Below are positions 7,242-14,490 of a stretch of DNA of 14,614 bases, piece after piece. Numbering within the stretch: position 1 is the first letter of the stretch; every line of letters begins with the position of its first letter. The notes beneath the pieces were generated by a model. That model saw only the letters and a list, made by a program, of their open reading frames with translations. It had not been told where the DNA came from and searched no databases. The stretch is from Abditibacteriaceae bacterium (GTDB taxonomy: Bacteria; Armatimonadota; Abditibacteriia; Abditibacteriales; Abditibacteriaceae). The translations under genes were made by a program, and so were the position numbers. The stretch covers positions 1-14,614 of the forward strand of contig JANMKN010000239.1 of the NCBI GenBank assembly GCA_031372065.1, read 5' to 3'.

Positions 7242-9833
7242 ATGCCCACTGATCCCTGCCCAATGACCAGTCGCGAAGATGAACTCATGCGCCGCTTGCG
7301 GGCGGCCTTTCAAATCGAAGCGCGAGAAAGCGTAGAGGCGCTCGCGGCGCAGTTGCTGGATCTCGAAAAAGCCGCGCCGCAGATTCTACTTTCTCCCGAT
7401 GCGGAGGTCAGGTTGCCGGGCGATGCCGTAGAAACGGTTTATCGCGAAGCTCATAATCTTAAAGGCGCGGCCCGCGCCGTCAATATGGCGGCCATTGAAG
7501 CCCTGTGCCAACCCCTCGAAAGTGTTTTTGCTGTTTGGAAAAAAGGTGTAACGGCGGGTGAAACCGTTGTGGGCGCCGAGACTTTGCGCGCTACGCTGTC
7601 GCCCTTGGCATTTGACGCATTGCACTCGGCTCTCAAAGCTATTAGTCAGGTGCTTGATGCCGAATCGGCGGGTCAAGCCGTGCCTGACGTGCATAGCATC
7701 GCGCGCCAATTAGCTGCCTTGTCGCAGGGTCAAACTTTGCCGCCGGAAAGTGCTGGCTTTGAGCGTCGCGAACCTACAACCGAGCGGCGACTCACCGAAG
7801 AGCGGCGCAATGATTATGAGGAGCGCCGCCACGATGCTGAAGACCGCCGTGCCGTTGAAAGACGTGATGAAGAAGATCGGCGCCATGTCACAGAAGGCGT
7901 GCCTACTGTGGAGCAACGCCAAGGCATAGGTGACCGTCGTCACGAGGAGCGCCGTATCAAATCGCCTGAGCGCCGTGATTATGCCATTGAGCGCCGTCAG
8001 TATGATGAACGCCGCCATGTTGATGATCGGCGAGGGGTTAGGGTAGGAGCCAGCAGTAGCGAGCGCCGCCCTCCGCTTCGCAAGGCGCCGGAAATTGAAA
8101 CGGTGCGCATCGCGACGTCGAAATTAGATGCGTTATTGCTTCAAGCCGAAGAGTTGTTGACAGCCAAGCAAGCCGTGCGTCGGCAAAGCAGCACGGCTCG
8201 CCAGATGTTGGAGCAAGTAGCACTGCTGGAAAACGAATGGGCTAAAGTCCTGCCATCGCTCCGTATGGCGGTGGAAAACGACGGCCACAAAAGCTCCGTT
8301 TTGCTCGATTTCATTGAATGGCATCGCGCGCACCTAAAAAAAATACAAGGCACAGGAAGTGCGCTCGCGGCCCAACTTTCCGGCGACGGGCGCGCTTTGG
8401 GTGGCTTGATTGACACTTTGCTCGAAGACACGAAAAAATTGTTGATGCTGCCCAGTGCGGTGCTTTTGATGCAGTTCCCACGCACGGTGCGCGACGTAGC
8501 GCGTGAACGCGGCAAGGAGGTGGATTTCTTCACGGATGGCAGCGAAGTGGAGGTAGACAAGCGCATTCTCGAAGCACTCAAAGCGCCGCTTTTGCATTTG
8601 CTGCGCAACGCCATAGATCACGGCATCGAAACGCGAGAATCTCGCCGTGCCCAAGGCAAACCAGAGTGTGCCACCATCGAAGTCGGTGTTGTTCAATCCG
8701 GCGGTGAAGTTGAGTTTTGTGTGAGGGACGACGGCGGCGGACTTAACATCGAAAAAATCAAAGAACGCGCTGTGCAAAACGGAATTCTAACGCCCGATGC
8801 GGCGCTTCATATCAGCGACGAGGCGGCGGCACATTTGATTTTCGCGTCCGACCTTTCCACCAGCGACAAAATTGATGAACTTTCAGGACGTGGTCTCGGC
8901 ATGGCCATTGTGCGTGATCAGGTCGAACGATTAGGGGGCCGCGTCGCGCTGGAAACGGTTCCCCGGCAGGGCACAGTTTTTCGATTGACGTTGCCGCAGA
9001 CCTTAGCCACATTTCGCGGTTTGCTGGTGACTGCCAGCGGCCAGACTTTTGTATTTCCCACTGCCGATGTCACGCAGGTCGCCAGAGTGCGGCGCGAGAC
9101 AATTCGCGCCATTGGCACGCGCGAAACCGTGCGTTTGAATGGGCGCACTCTGCGTTTGCTGCCTTTGGTGGATGCGTTAGGTTTGCCCAGCGTGGCCGGT
9201 GAGGATGTCAACTGGCAGATGGTAGTGGTGTTGGGCGGCGAACGCGGCACCGCTTTTGGCGTGGATGCGATTTTAGATGAGCAGGAAGTTTTAGTAAAAC
9301 GGCTCGGTTGGCCCCTTACTAAAGTGCGCCACGTCACCGGGGCCACGGTGTTAGCCGATGGCAATGCGGCGCCCATTCTTAACGTGACCGAATTGCTTCA
9401 AGCCGCCATGCAAAGCAACGCGCGCCAAACGGTTCAAGAGAAATTTCAAAGCCATGTCTCGGCTCCAGTTTCGAAATTGATTTTGGTAGTAGATGATTCC
9501 ATCACGTCGCGAATGTTGCTGAAAGACATCTTGGAAGCCTCTGGTTTTCGCGTGCAAACCGCTGTAGATGGTTTGGATGCCTTGACCGCCCTGCGCGATG
9601 GGCAATTTGATTTGTTGGTTTCCGATGTAGATATGCCGCGCCTTGATGGTTTTTCGCTGGTAGAGCGCGTGCGACAGGAGCCGCAACTCAAAGATTTGCC
9701 AACCGTTTTAGTCACAGGCCGCGATACCAAAGAAGACCGCGAACGCGGCTTTGATGCGGGCGCCAGCGCTTATGTTGTGAAAAGCAACTTCGACCAAAGC
9801 AACCTCTTGGAAATCGTGCGGCGTTTGATTTAG
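7242..9833 (+). CDS. cheA: Hybrid CheA kinase: Hpt - Arg-rich linker - dimerisation - HATPase - CheW - REC (WspE/FrzE-like); true start may be ATG 7263
   Basis: Hpt REAHNLKGAA; ETVRIATSKLD; HLLRNAIDHG, DDGGG, SGRGLGM; EQEVLVKRL; REC ILVVDDS...SDVDMPRLDG...VTG...YVVK. Confidence 0.95.
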   Translation: MPTDPCPMTSREDELMRRLRAAFQIEARESVEALAAQLLDLEKAAPQILLSPDAEVRLPGDAVETVYREAHNLKGAARAVNMAAIEALCQPLESVFAVWKKGVTAGETVVGAETLRATLSPLAFDALHSALKAISQVLDAESAGQAVPDVHSIARQLAALSQGQTLPPESAGFERREPTTERRLTEERRNDYEERRHDAEDRRAVERRDEEDRRHVTEGVPTVEQRQGIGDRRHEERRIKSPERRDYAIERRQYDERRHVDDRRGVRVGASSSERRPPLRKAPEIETVRIATSKLDALLLQAEELLTAKQAVRRQSSTARQMLEQVALLENEWAKVLPSLRMAVENDGHKSSVLLDFIEWHRAHLKKIQGTGSALAAQLSGDGRALGGLIDTLLEDTKKLLMLPSAVLLMQFPRTVRDVARERGKEVDFFTDGSEVEVDKRILEALKAPLLHLLRNAIDHGIETRESRRAQGKPECATIEVGVVQSGGEVEFCVRDDGGGLNIEKIKERAVQNGILTPDAALHISDEAAAHLIFASDLSTSDKIDELSGRGLGMAIVRDQVERLGGRVALETVPRQGTVFRLTLPQTLATFRGLLVTASGQTFVFPTADVTQVARVRRETIRAIGTRETVRLNGRTLRLLPLVDALGLPSVAGEDVNWQMVVVLGGERGTAFGVDAILDEQEVLVKRLGWPLTKVRHVTGATVLADGNAAPILNVTELLQAAMQSNARQTVQEKFQSHVSAPVSKLILVVDDSITSRMLLKDILEASGFRVQTAVDGLDALTALRDGQFDLLVSDVDMPRLDGFSLVERVRQEPQLKDLPTVLVTGRDTKEDRERGFDAGASAYVVKSNFDQSNLLEIVRRLI

Positions 9834-9836
9834 CCG

Positions 9837-10370
9837 ATGTGTAATTTTACCTTAACCATTCGCACCCTTGGCCCAGACGATGTCGCGGCTTTTCGCGAAC
9901 TCAGATTGCTGTGTTTACAGGAATCGCCAACGGCTTTTGGCTCCAGTGTCAGCGATGAATTATCTTTATCTCAAGAAACTGTGATGGGACGTTTGCAAAA
10001 CCACGAAGCCGAAGGCACCTTTGTGCTGGGCGCATTTGTTGAAGAATCTCTCGTGGGCATCATGGGATTGATGCGCCACCCACGGGCCAAGTTTTATCAC
10101 AAAGCCGACCTGTGGGGCGTTTATGTTCATCCCGAATGGCGCGGCCAGGGCATCGCAGGACAATTGTTGGATGGCGTTCTCTCGCGGGCGCACCAAACCA
10201 CTCTGCATCACATCGTTTTAACTGTCACCTGTGGTAACTCAGTAGCTCGCTCATTATATTTGTCCAGAGGCTTCGTCTCGTGCGGTTTTGAAAAAGATGC
10301 CCTTTGCTGGGAAGGCGCCTATTTCGATATGGAAACTATGCAACTGCGATTGGTTGGGAACTCACTTTGA
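9837..10370 (+). CDS. GNAT-family N-acetyltransferase
   Basis: LRLLCLQESPTAFGSS; acetyl-CoA motif VYVHPEWRGQGIA; NSVARSLYLSRGF; starts 3 nt after the cheA stop. Confidence 0.9.
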   Translation: MCNFTLTIRTLGPDDVAAFRELRLLCLQESPTAFGSSVSDELSLSQETVMGRLQNHEAEGTFVLGAFVEESLVGIMGLMRHPRAKFYHKADLWGVYVHPEWRGQGIAGQLLDGVLSRAHQTTLHHIVLTVTCGNSVARSLYLSRGFVSCGFEKDALCWEGAYFDMETMQLRLVGNSL

Positions 10371-10406
10371 ATGAGTTTGCTAAAATCTCTTTGCGCGTAG
10401 CACGAT

Positions 10407-10979
10407 ATGACACTTAACGAAAAGTCGCGGCAGTTCGAGGAATTATTAGCGCCTGTGCTGGGAACCGCGCTTGGTATGGCGACGCGTATGACGGGCAATC
10501 GCGACGACGCCGAGGATTTGGTGCAGGAAACTGCGATTCAAGCGTATTCTGCCTTTGATAGCTTTGCCGTCGGCACCAATTTCAAAGCGTGGTTTCTTAA
10601 AATTCTTTTTAATCGTTTTCTCAATCGAAAACGCAGCGATAGTCGCGGGCCGCAGACTGTTGAACTCGACGAAACCACAGAAATTTATCTTTACGCTCAG
10701 GCGCGGCGGGCCGGTTGGCAAATTAAAGGCAACGACCCCGCGACGATGCTGATGAGCAAGGTAGACAGCGCCGAAATTGGCGAAGCATTAACGGCTTTGC
10801 CCCGTGAGTTTCGTGCTGTCGCGGTGCTGTATTTTATGGAAGATTTGTCTTACGAAGCCATCGCGCAAATGCTGGATGTGCCGATTGGCACTGTGCGTTC
10901 GCGTTTGCACCGGGCGCGCAAGCACTTGCAAAAATCGCTCTGGGAACTGGCTCAAGAGCGAGGAATCACGCGAAATTAA
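10407..10979 (+). CDS. ECF RNA polymerase sigma factor (SigR/SigH-like)
   Basis: Region 2 DAEDLVQET..AY..F.SF..GTNFKAWFLKI; region 4 LSYEAIAQMLDVPIGTVRSRLHRAR. Confidence 0.93.
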   Translation: MTLNEKSRQFEELLAPVLGTALGMATRMTGNRDDAEDLVQETAIQAYSAFDSFAVGTNFKAWFLKILFNRFLNRKRSDSRGPQTVELDETTEIYLYAQARRAGWQIKGNDPATMLMSKVDSAEIGEALTALPREFRAVAVLYFMEDLSYEAIAQMLDVPIGTVRSRLHRARKHLQKSLWELAQERGITRN

Positions 10980-10995
10980 ACGCAGGTAACCTGTG

Positions 10996-11022
10996 GGGAA
11001 CTTTTTTATAGTGTCGCGTGTT
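10996..11022 (+). promoter_or_regulatory. Putative ECF-sigma promoter upstream of the anti-sigma gene
   Basis: GGGAAC (10996-11001), N16, GTGTT (11018-11022), equivalent to GGAAC-N18-GTT as in the SigR/SigH consensus. Confidence 0.6.
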
Positions 11023-11049
11023 TTGAATAGGAATTAAACGGGAATTGCC

Positions 11050-11322
11050 ATGTTGCTCTCAATGCTCAACTGCAAGGAAACCTTAGCGCGTCTGAATGAT
11101 TATTTAGATCGCGAGCTTTCGGCACAGGAAATCAAGCAGGTCGAACGGCATCTGCGCATCTGCCATCATTGCTCGCAGATTTACGCCACCGAAACCACGT
11201 TCCTTACCGAACTCAAGACCAAAGTGCGCCGCGTCGAAACCGAAGATGCACAAGTTCTTTCGCTGTTGAATCGCATCAAAGCCGAATTGCCCGAAGCCGC
11301 GCCCGGAGAAACTACAAAATAA
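11050..11322 (+). CDS. Soluble zinc-finger (zf-HC2/ZAS) anti-sigma factor, RsrA/RshA-like; start may be 11062
   Basis: MLNCKET..RLNDYLDRELS...VERHLRICHHC (N-terminal Cys plus HxxxCxxC); no TM helix; directly after the ECF sigma. Confidence 0.88.
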   Translation: MLLSMLNCKETLARLNDYLDRELSAQEIKQVERHLRICHHCSQIYATETTFLTELKTKVRRVETEDAQVLSLLNRIKAELPEAAPGETTK

Positions 11323-11344
11323 TTCCGCAAGATTTTTTCAAAGC

Positions 11345-11371
11345 GGGAACAATCGCTCAAACCAGAGTGTT
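11345..11371 (+). promoter_or_regulatory. Putative ECF-sigma promoter upstream of the redox operon
   Basis: GGGAAC (11345-11350), N16, GTGTT (11367-11371); same boxes and spacing as the 10996 site. Confidence 0.65.
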
Positions 11372-11404
11372 AAAGCGCATGACAAAGCCGAAAGGTGAAC
11401 GATC

Positions 11405-11956
11405 ATGCGCTTTTTTTATTCGCTGTTGATTTTAGTGACAGCAACCGCCGGACTGTTGTTTTTGCCCCGCGCCGCAGCGGAAAGCAATCCTCTCAAACTC
11501 AATGACTCTGCTGCAACGTTGACTGGTGGCCCGTGGCTCAATACGCCCGGTGAAAAATCGCTTTCTCTTGAAGCCCGCAAAGGCAAAGTGACCATCGTGC
11601 ATTTCTGGACTTTCGCTTGTTCCAACTGCCGCGCGAATTTGCCGATTTACAATCGCTGGCAGACCAAGTTTGCCCCGCAAGATGTGGCGATTATCGGCGT
11701 GCATACACCGGAACTTGCCCGCGAAAAAGTTGCGGACAATGTGCGCAAGGAAATCAAAAAATTGGACATCCAATGGCCGGTTCTTATTGATGGTGATTAC
11801 GCCAACTGGAATCGTTGGAAGCAAGAATACTGGCCGACGGTTTACCTGATTGATAAGCACGGCAAAGTGCGCTATCAGTGGATTGGCGAAATGGGCGACG
11901 CGGGCGAAAAACAGATGACTGGTTTCATCGAACAACTGCAAAAAGAAAAGGCGTAA
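11405..11956 (+). CDS. Exported thioredoxin-like redoxin (TlpA/DipZ C-terminal-like)
   Basis: Signal peptide; WLNT, KGKVTIVHFWTFACSNC (CxxC), IIGVHTPE, YWPTVYLIDKHG. Confidence 0.88.
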   Translation: MRFFYSLLILVTATAGLLFLPRAAAESNPLKLNDSAATLTGGPWLNTPGEKSLSLEARKGKVTIVHFWTFACSNCRANLPIYNRWQTKFAPQDVAIIGVHTPELAREKVADNVRKEIKKLDIQWPVLIDGDYANWNRWKQEYWPTVYLIDKHGKVRYQWIGEMGDAGEKQMTGFIEQLQKEKA

Positions 11957-11960
11957 TTTC

Positions 11961-12653
11961 ATGCCAAACAACACAAAAGTTCGCCTCGAAGCCAAACATC
12001 CGCTGGCAATTCGTTGGTTTCACTGGATCAATTTCCCTGTGCTGCTGCTGATGATTTGGAGCGGTCTGCTCATCTACTGGGCCAACGACATTTATCGCCT
12101 CGGCTTTGCCGACATTACGCTGTTTAAGTTTTTCCCACAAGCGATTTATGATCGCTTGCATATCGGACAGCGCCTCGCCGAAGGCATGGCTTTGCATTTC
12201 ACCTTCATGTGGATTTTCGCCATCAACGGCTTGCTTTATGTGTTGTATCTCATGTTTTCCGGCGAGTGGAAGTTTTTGCTGCCCAAACGCGATACATTGC
12301 GCGCCGCCCTGCAAGTGGTCTTGCACGATTTGAAGATTCGCAAAGCGCCGCTGCCGCGCGAAAAATTCAATGGCGCGCAACGCATCGCTTACACCGGCGT
12401 AGTGCTGATGGGGCTTGGTTCGCTGCTCACCGGACTCGCCATTTACAAGCCGATTCAAGCCTCGTGGCTGACCAATCTTTTCGGCGGTTATATGATCGCG
12501 CGCTGGATTCATTTCTGGCTGACAATAGGCTTTTGCGCTTTCTTTTTAGTTCATGTCGGGCAAGTCATGCGCGCCGGTTGGAACAACTTTCGCGCGATGG
12601 TAACAGGCTACGAATTGGCGCCCATTGAGGAAAAAAGTCATGAATCAGCCTGA
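11961..12653 (+). CDS. Di-heme cytochrome b membrane subunit (hydrogenase/formate dehydrogenase cyt b type), likely electron donor to the molybdoenzyme
   Basis: IRWFHWIN...SGL, ALHFTFMW, KFNGAQRIAY, ARWIHF...FFLVHV; four His in TM helices. Confidence 0.88.
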   Translation: MPNNTKVRLEAKHPLAIRWFHWINFPVLLLMIWSGLLIYWANDIYRLGFADITLFKFFPQAIYDRLHIGQRLAEGMALHFTFMWIFAINGLLYVLYLMFSGEWKFLLPKRDTLRAALQVVLHDLKIRKAPLPREKFNGAQRIAYTGVVLMGLGSLLTGLAIYKPIQASWLTNLFGGYMIARWIHFWLTIGFCAFFLVHVGQVMRAGWNNFRAMVTGYELAPIEEKSHESA

Positions 12654-12801
12654 AAATGCCAGCCTACCACCAGTCGAAACTGCGCCTTCGTGTCCCGCCT
12701 CGCATCGCGTCGCCGTTCGCGCCTCGAAATTCATCATCAAATTGCTGCTCACCGCCATCGCGTTGAGCTTAATTTATATCACACTGACCCAAAGGTCTTG
12801 A
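12640..12801 (+). CDS. Small 53-aa protein with one C-terminal TM helix (below ORF-track cutoff)
   Basis: MNQPENASLPPVETAPSCPASHRVAVRASKFIIKLLLTAIALSLIYITLTQRS*; GAGG at 12627-12630; overlaps the cyt b end by 14 nt; stops 3 nt before the next ATG. Confidence 0.6.
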   Translation: MNQPENASLPPVETAPSCPASHRVAVRASKFIIKLLLTAIALSLIYITLTQRS

Positions 12802-12804
12802 CTC

Positions 12805-13653
12805 ATGAACGAAGAAACGCCAGTTAAAGAAATCGAAAAAATCGTGCCGTCTGAAGAACCGGAACTGGAAAACGAAGCCGATTCTGCCAATGCACAGGCG
12901 CAAATGAAGCGCATTTCGCGGCGCAGTTTTGCGTGGTCAGTTTTAGCTTTTGGCGCGGCGGCGGGCGGTTTTCAATGGATCAATACACGCCGCACCGAAG
13001 ATGGCATTCCGTGGCCACTTCGTCATGTTTTGCAGTCTAACGAAGCCATCGCCCGCGATTTGAGCAACTACGCGAAATTAGCGCCGACATTTCCCAAAAC
13101 GGCGATCAGCGAAGAGCGCGTCAACGGTGCAATCGGCATGGAAGGCGACTTCGATCCGGCGCAATGGATTTTGCAAGTTAGTGGTTTGGCTGCTGACGAA
13201 ACGCTGAGTTTGGGCATCGCCGACATCAAGAAACTACCGCGCTTTGAAATGATTACCGAATTCAAATGTATCGAAGGCTGGAGCACCATCACGCAATGGG
13301 CCGGAGCGCGCTTTTCCGATTTTGCGAAGAAATATCCGCCTTTTACGCCAAGTGGTAACCCTTTCGATATGAAAAACATGGGTGACTGGCCGGAATATGT
13401 TGGCCTCGAAACGCCCGACAAAAATTATTACGTTGGTCTGGAAATGCCTGCGGCGTTGCATCCGCAAACGCTGCTTGCCTACGAAATTAACGGAGCGCCA
13501 CTGAGCCTTGAACACGGCGCGCCGTTGCGCTTGATTACGCCTTTGAAATACGGTGTCAAAAACATCAAACGCATCGGCTCAATTACTTTTACCAACCAGC
13601 GGCCCCACGATTACTGGGCCGAGCAAGGTTACGATTGGTATGCCGGGCATTGA
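12805..13653 (+). CDS. Sulfite-oxidase-family molybdopterin oxidoreductase, MsrP/YedY-like, Tat-exported
   Basis: Twin-Arg ISRRSF plus hydrophobic stretch; Mo-ligand Cys in FKCIEGWS; HPQTLLAYE.NG.PL..EHGAPLRL; KYGVKNIKRI; YW..QGYDWY. Confidence 0.88.
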   Translation: MNEETPVKEIEKIVPSEEPELENEADSANAQAQMKRISRRSFAWSVLAFGAAAGGFQWINTRRTEDGIPWPLRHVLQSNEAIARDLSNYAKLAPTFPKTAISEERVNGAIGMEGDFDPAQWILQVSGLAADETLSLGIADIKKLPRFEMITEFKCIEGWSTITQWAGARFSDFAKKYPPFTPSGNPFDMKNMGDWPEYVGLETPDKNYYVGLEMPAALHPQTLLAYEINGAPLSLEHGAPLRLITPLKYGVKNIKRIGSITFTNQRPHDYWAEQGYDWYAGH

Positions 13654-13734
13654 AGACTCAGTGCCCTTTCCATATCCGCGCGGCACGGTGAACGTGAGTT
13701 CAAATGTCGTAATTTTATTTTTTGGAGAACACAC

Positions 13735-14139
13735 ATGAAGACGAACCTGAAGGCGCTGTGCGCTGCTGGCCTGTTGGCCGTGACCCTGACTGCTGGAATC
13801 GCTTCGCCCGGCCATGCCGAGGACAAAATGAAGATGGACGGCAAAATGGACAAGATGGGCAAAATGGATGGCAAAATGGCGCCCAAAATGGACAAGATGG
13901 ATCACAAGATGGACGGTAAAATGATGTCTTGTCCCGCTTGCAAAATGATGGGCGGCAAGATGTCGGCGATGGATAAAAAGGAAATGGATCACATGGCTTC
14001 CATGATGTCGGCTTCCGAAAAGAAGACTTACAAGACCATGTCCTCTGCCGAAAAAGCCCTGCTGATGAAAGCCATGAAAGCTGGCATGATGCACGGCAAA
14101 ACGATGGGAAAAATGGACGGCAAAATGGGCAAAATGTAA
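13735..14139 (+). CDS. Secreted Met/Lys-rich low-complexity protein (MDGK/MDK repeats, CPAC motif)
   Basis: GGAG RBS at 13724-13727; Sec-type signal peptide ending ..PGHA; 28 Met in the ~106-aa mature part; strong terminator follows. Confidence 0.85.
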   Translation: MKTNLKALCAAGLLAVTLTAGIASPGHAEDKMKMDGKMDKMGKMDGKMAPKMDKMDHKMDGKMMSCPACKMMGGKMSAMDKKEMDHMASMMSASEKKTYKTMSSAEKALLMKAMKAGMMHGKTMGKMDGKMGKM

Positions 14140-14149
14140 TTTGCCTAAT

Positions 14150-14189
14150 CAACAAAAACGGGAAAGCAATTGCTTTCCCGTTTTTGTTG
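14150..14189. terminator. Rho-independent terminator, potentially bidirectional
   Basis: Perfect 40-bp palindrome CAACAAAAACGGGAAAGCAA|TTGCTTTCCCGTTTTTGTTG with A-tract and T-tract, 10 nt after the stop codon. Confidence 0.88.
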
Positions 14190-14281
14190 GACGCTCTGGA
14201 AAACGATGAGAAACTCGACAAAAGTGCGCGGGAAAAGCATGGTTTCCGCTGCCATAACTTAGAACCTATCCAAATAGGCTA

Positions 14282-14427
14282 TTAATAATAACCCGACTTG
14301 CTTATCAAGAAAAAATGGTTGTGCCGCAGAGAAGCCCCATCCAACTTCCCAAGAGGGGGAGTTGGATGGGGCTGTAAGGCAACTAACCACCTTTCAGCAG
14401 AGAGGTAGCAAGTCGGGTTATTATTAA
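14282..14427. mobile_element. MITE-like non-autonomous element, 146 bp
   Basis: Perfect 21-bp terminal inverted repeats TTAATAATAACCCGACTTGCT / AGCAAGTCGGGTTATTATTAA; internal 14-bp inverted repeat 14333-14346 / 14360-14373; too short to encode a transposase. Confidence 0.65.
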
Positions 14428-14490
14428 GAATTCGGTGAACTGTGAACCAATTGCTCCGGCAGTGGTGTCTGAACCTTTACGAAATATTCC

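Noticed and set aside
10356..10382. Third GGGAAC ECF promoter before the sigma gene, overlapping AACTCA-N7-TGAGTT
   Set aside because: No GTGTT/GTT at the spacing seen in the other two sites; the 6-bp inverted repeat is too short to call
248..13738. Other short ORFs in the track that overlap the called genes
   Set aside because: Alternate-frame or antisense overlaps of well-supported CDSs with no recognisable motifs
13579..14221. His/Phe-rich and Pro/Cys-rich minus-strand ORFs and the +13722 ORF
   Set aside because: Shadows of the repetitive Met/Lys gene, which has the RBS, signal peptide and terminator
14259..14281. TAGAACCTATCCAAATAGG as an IS end remnant
   Set aside because: Only a 5-bp stem and no partner end visible
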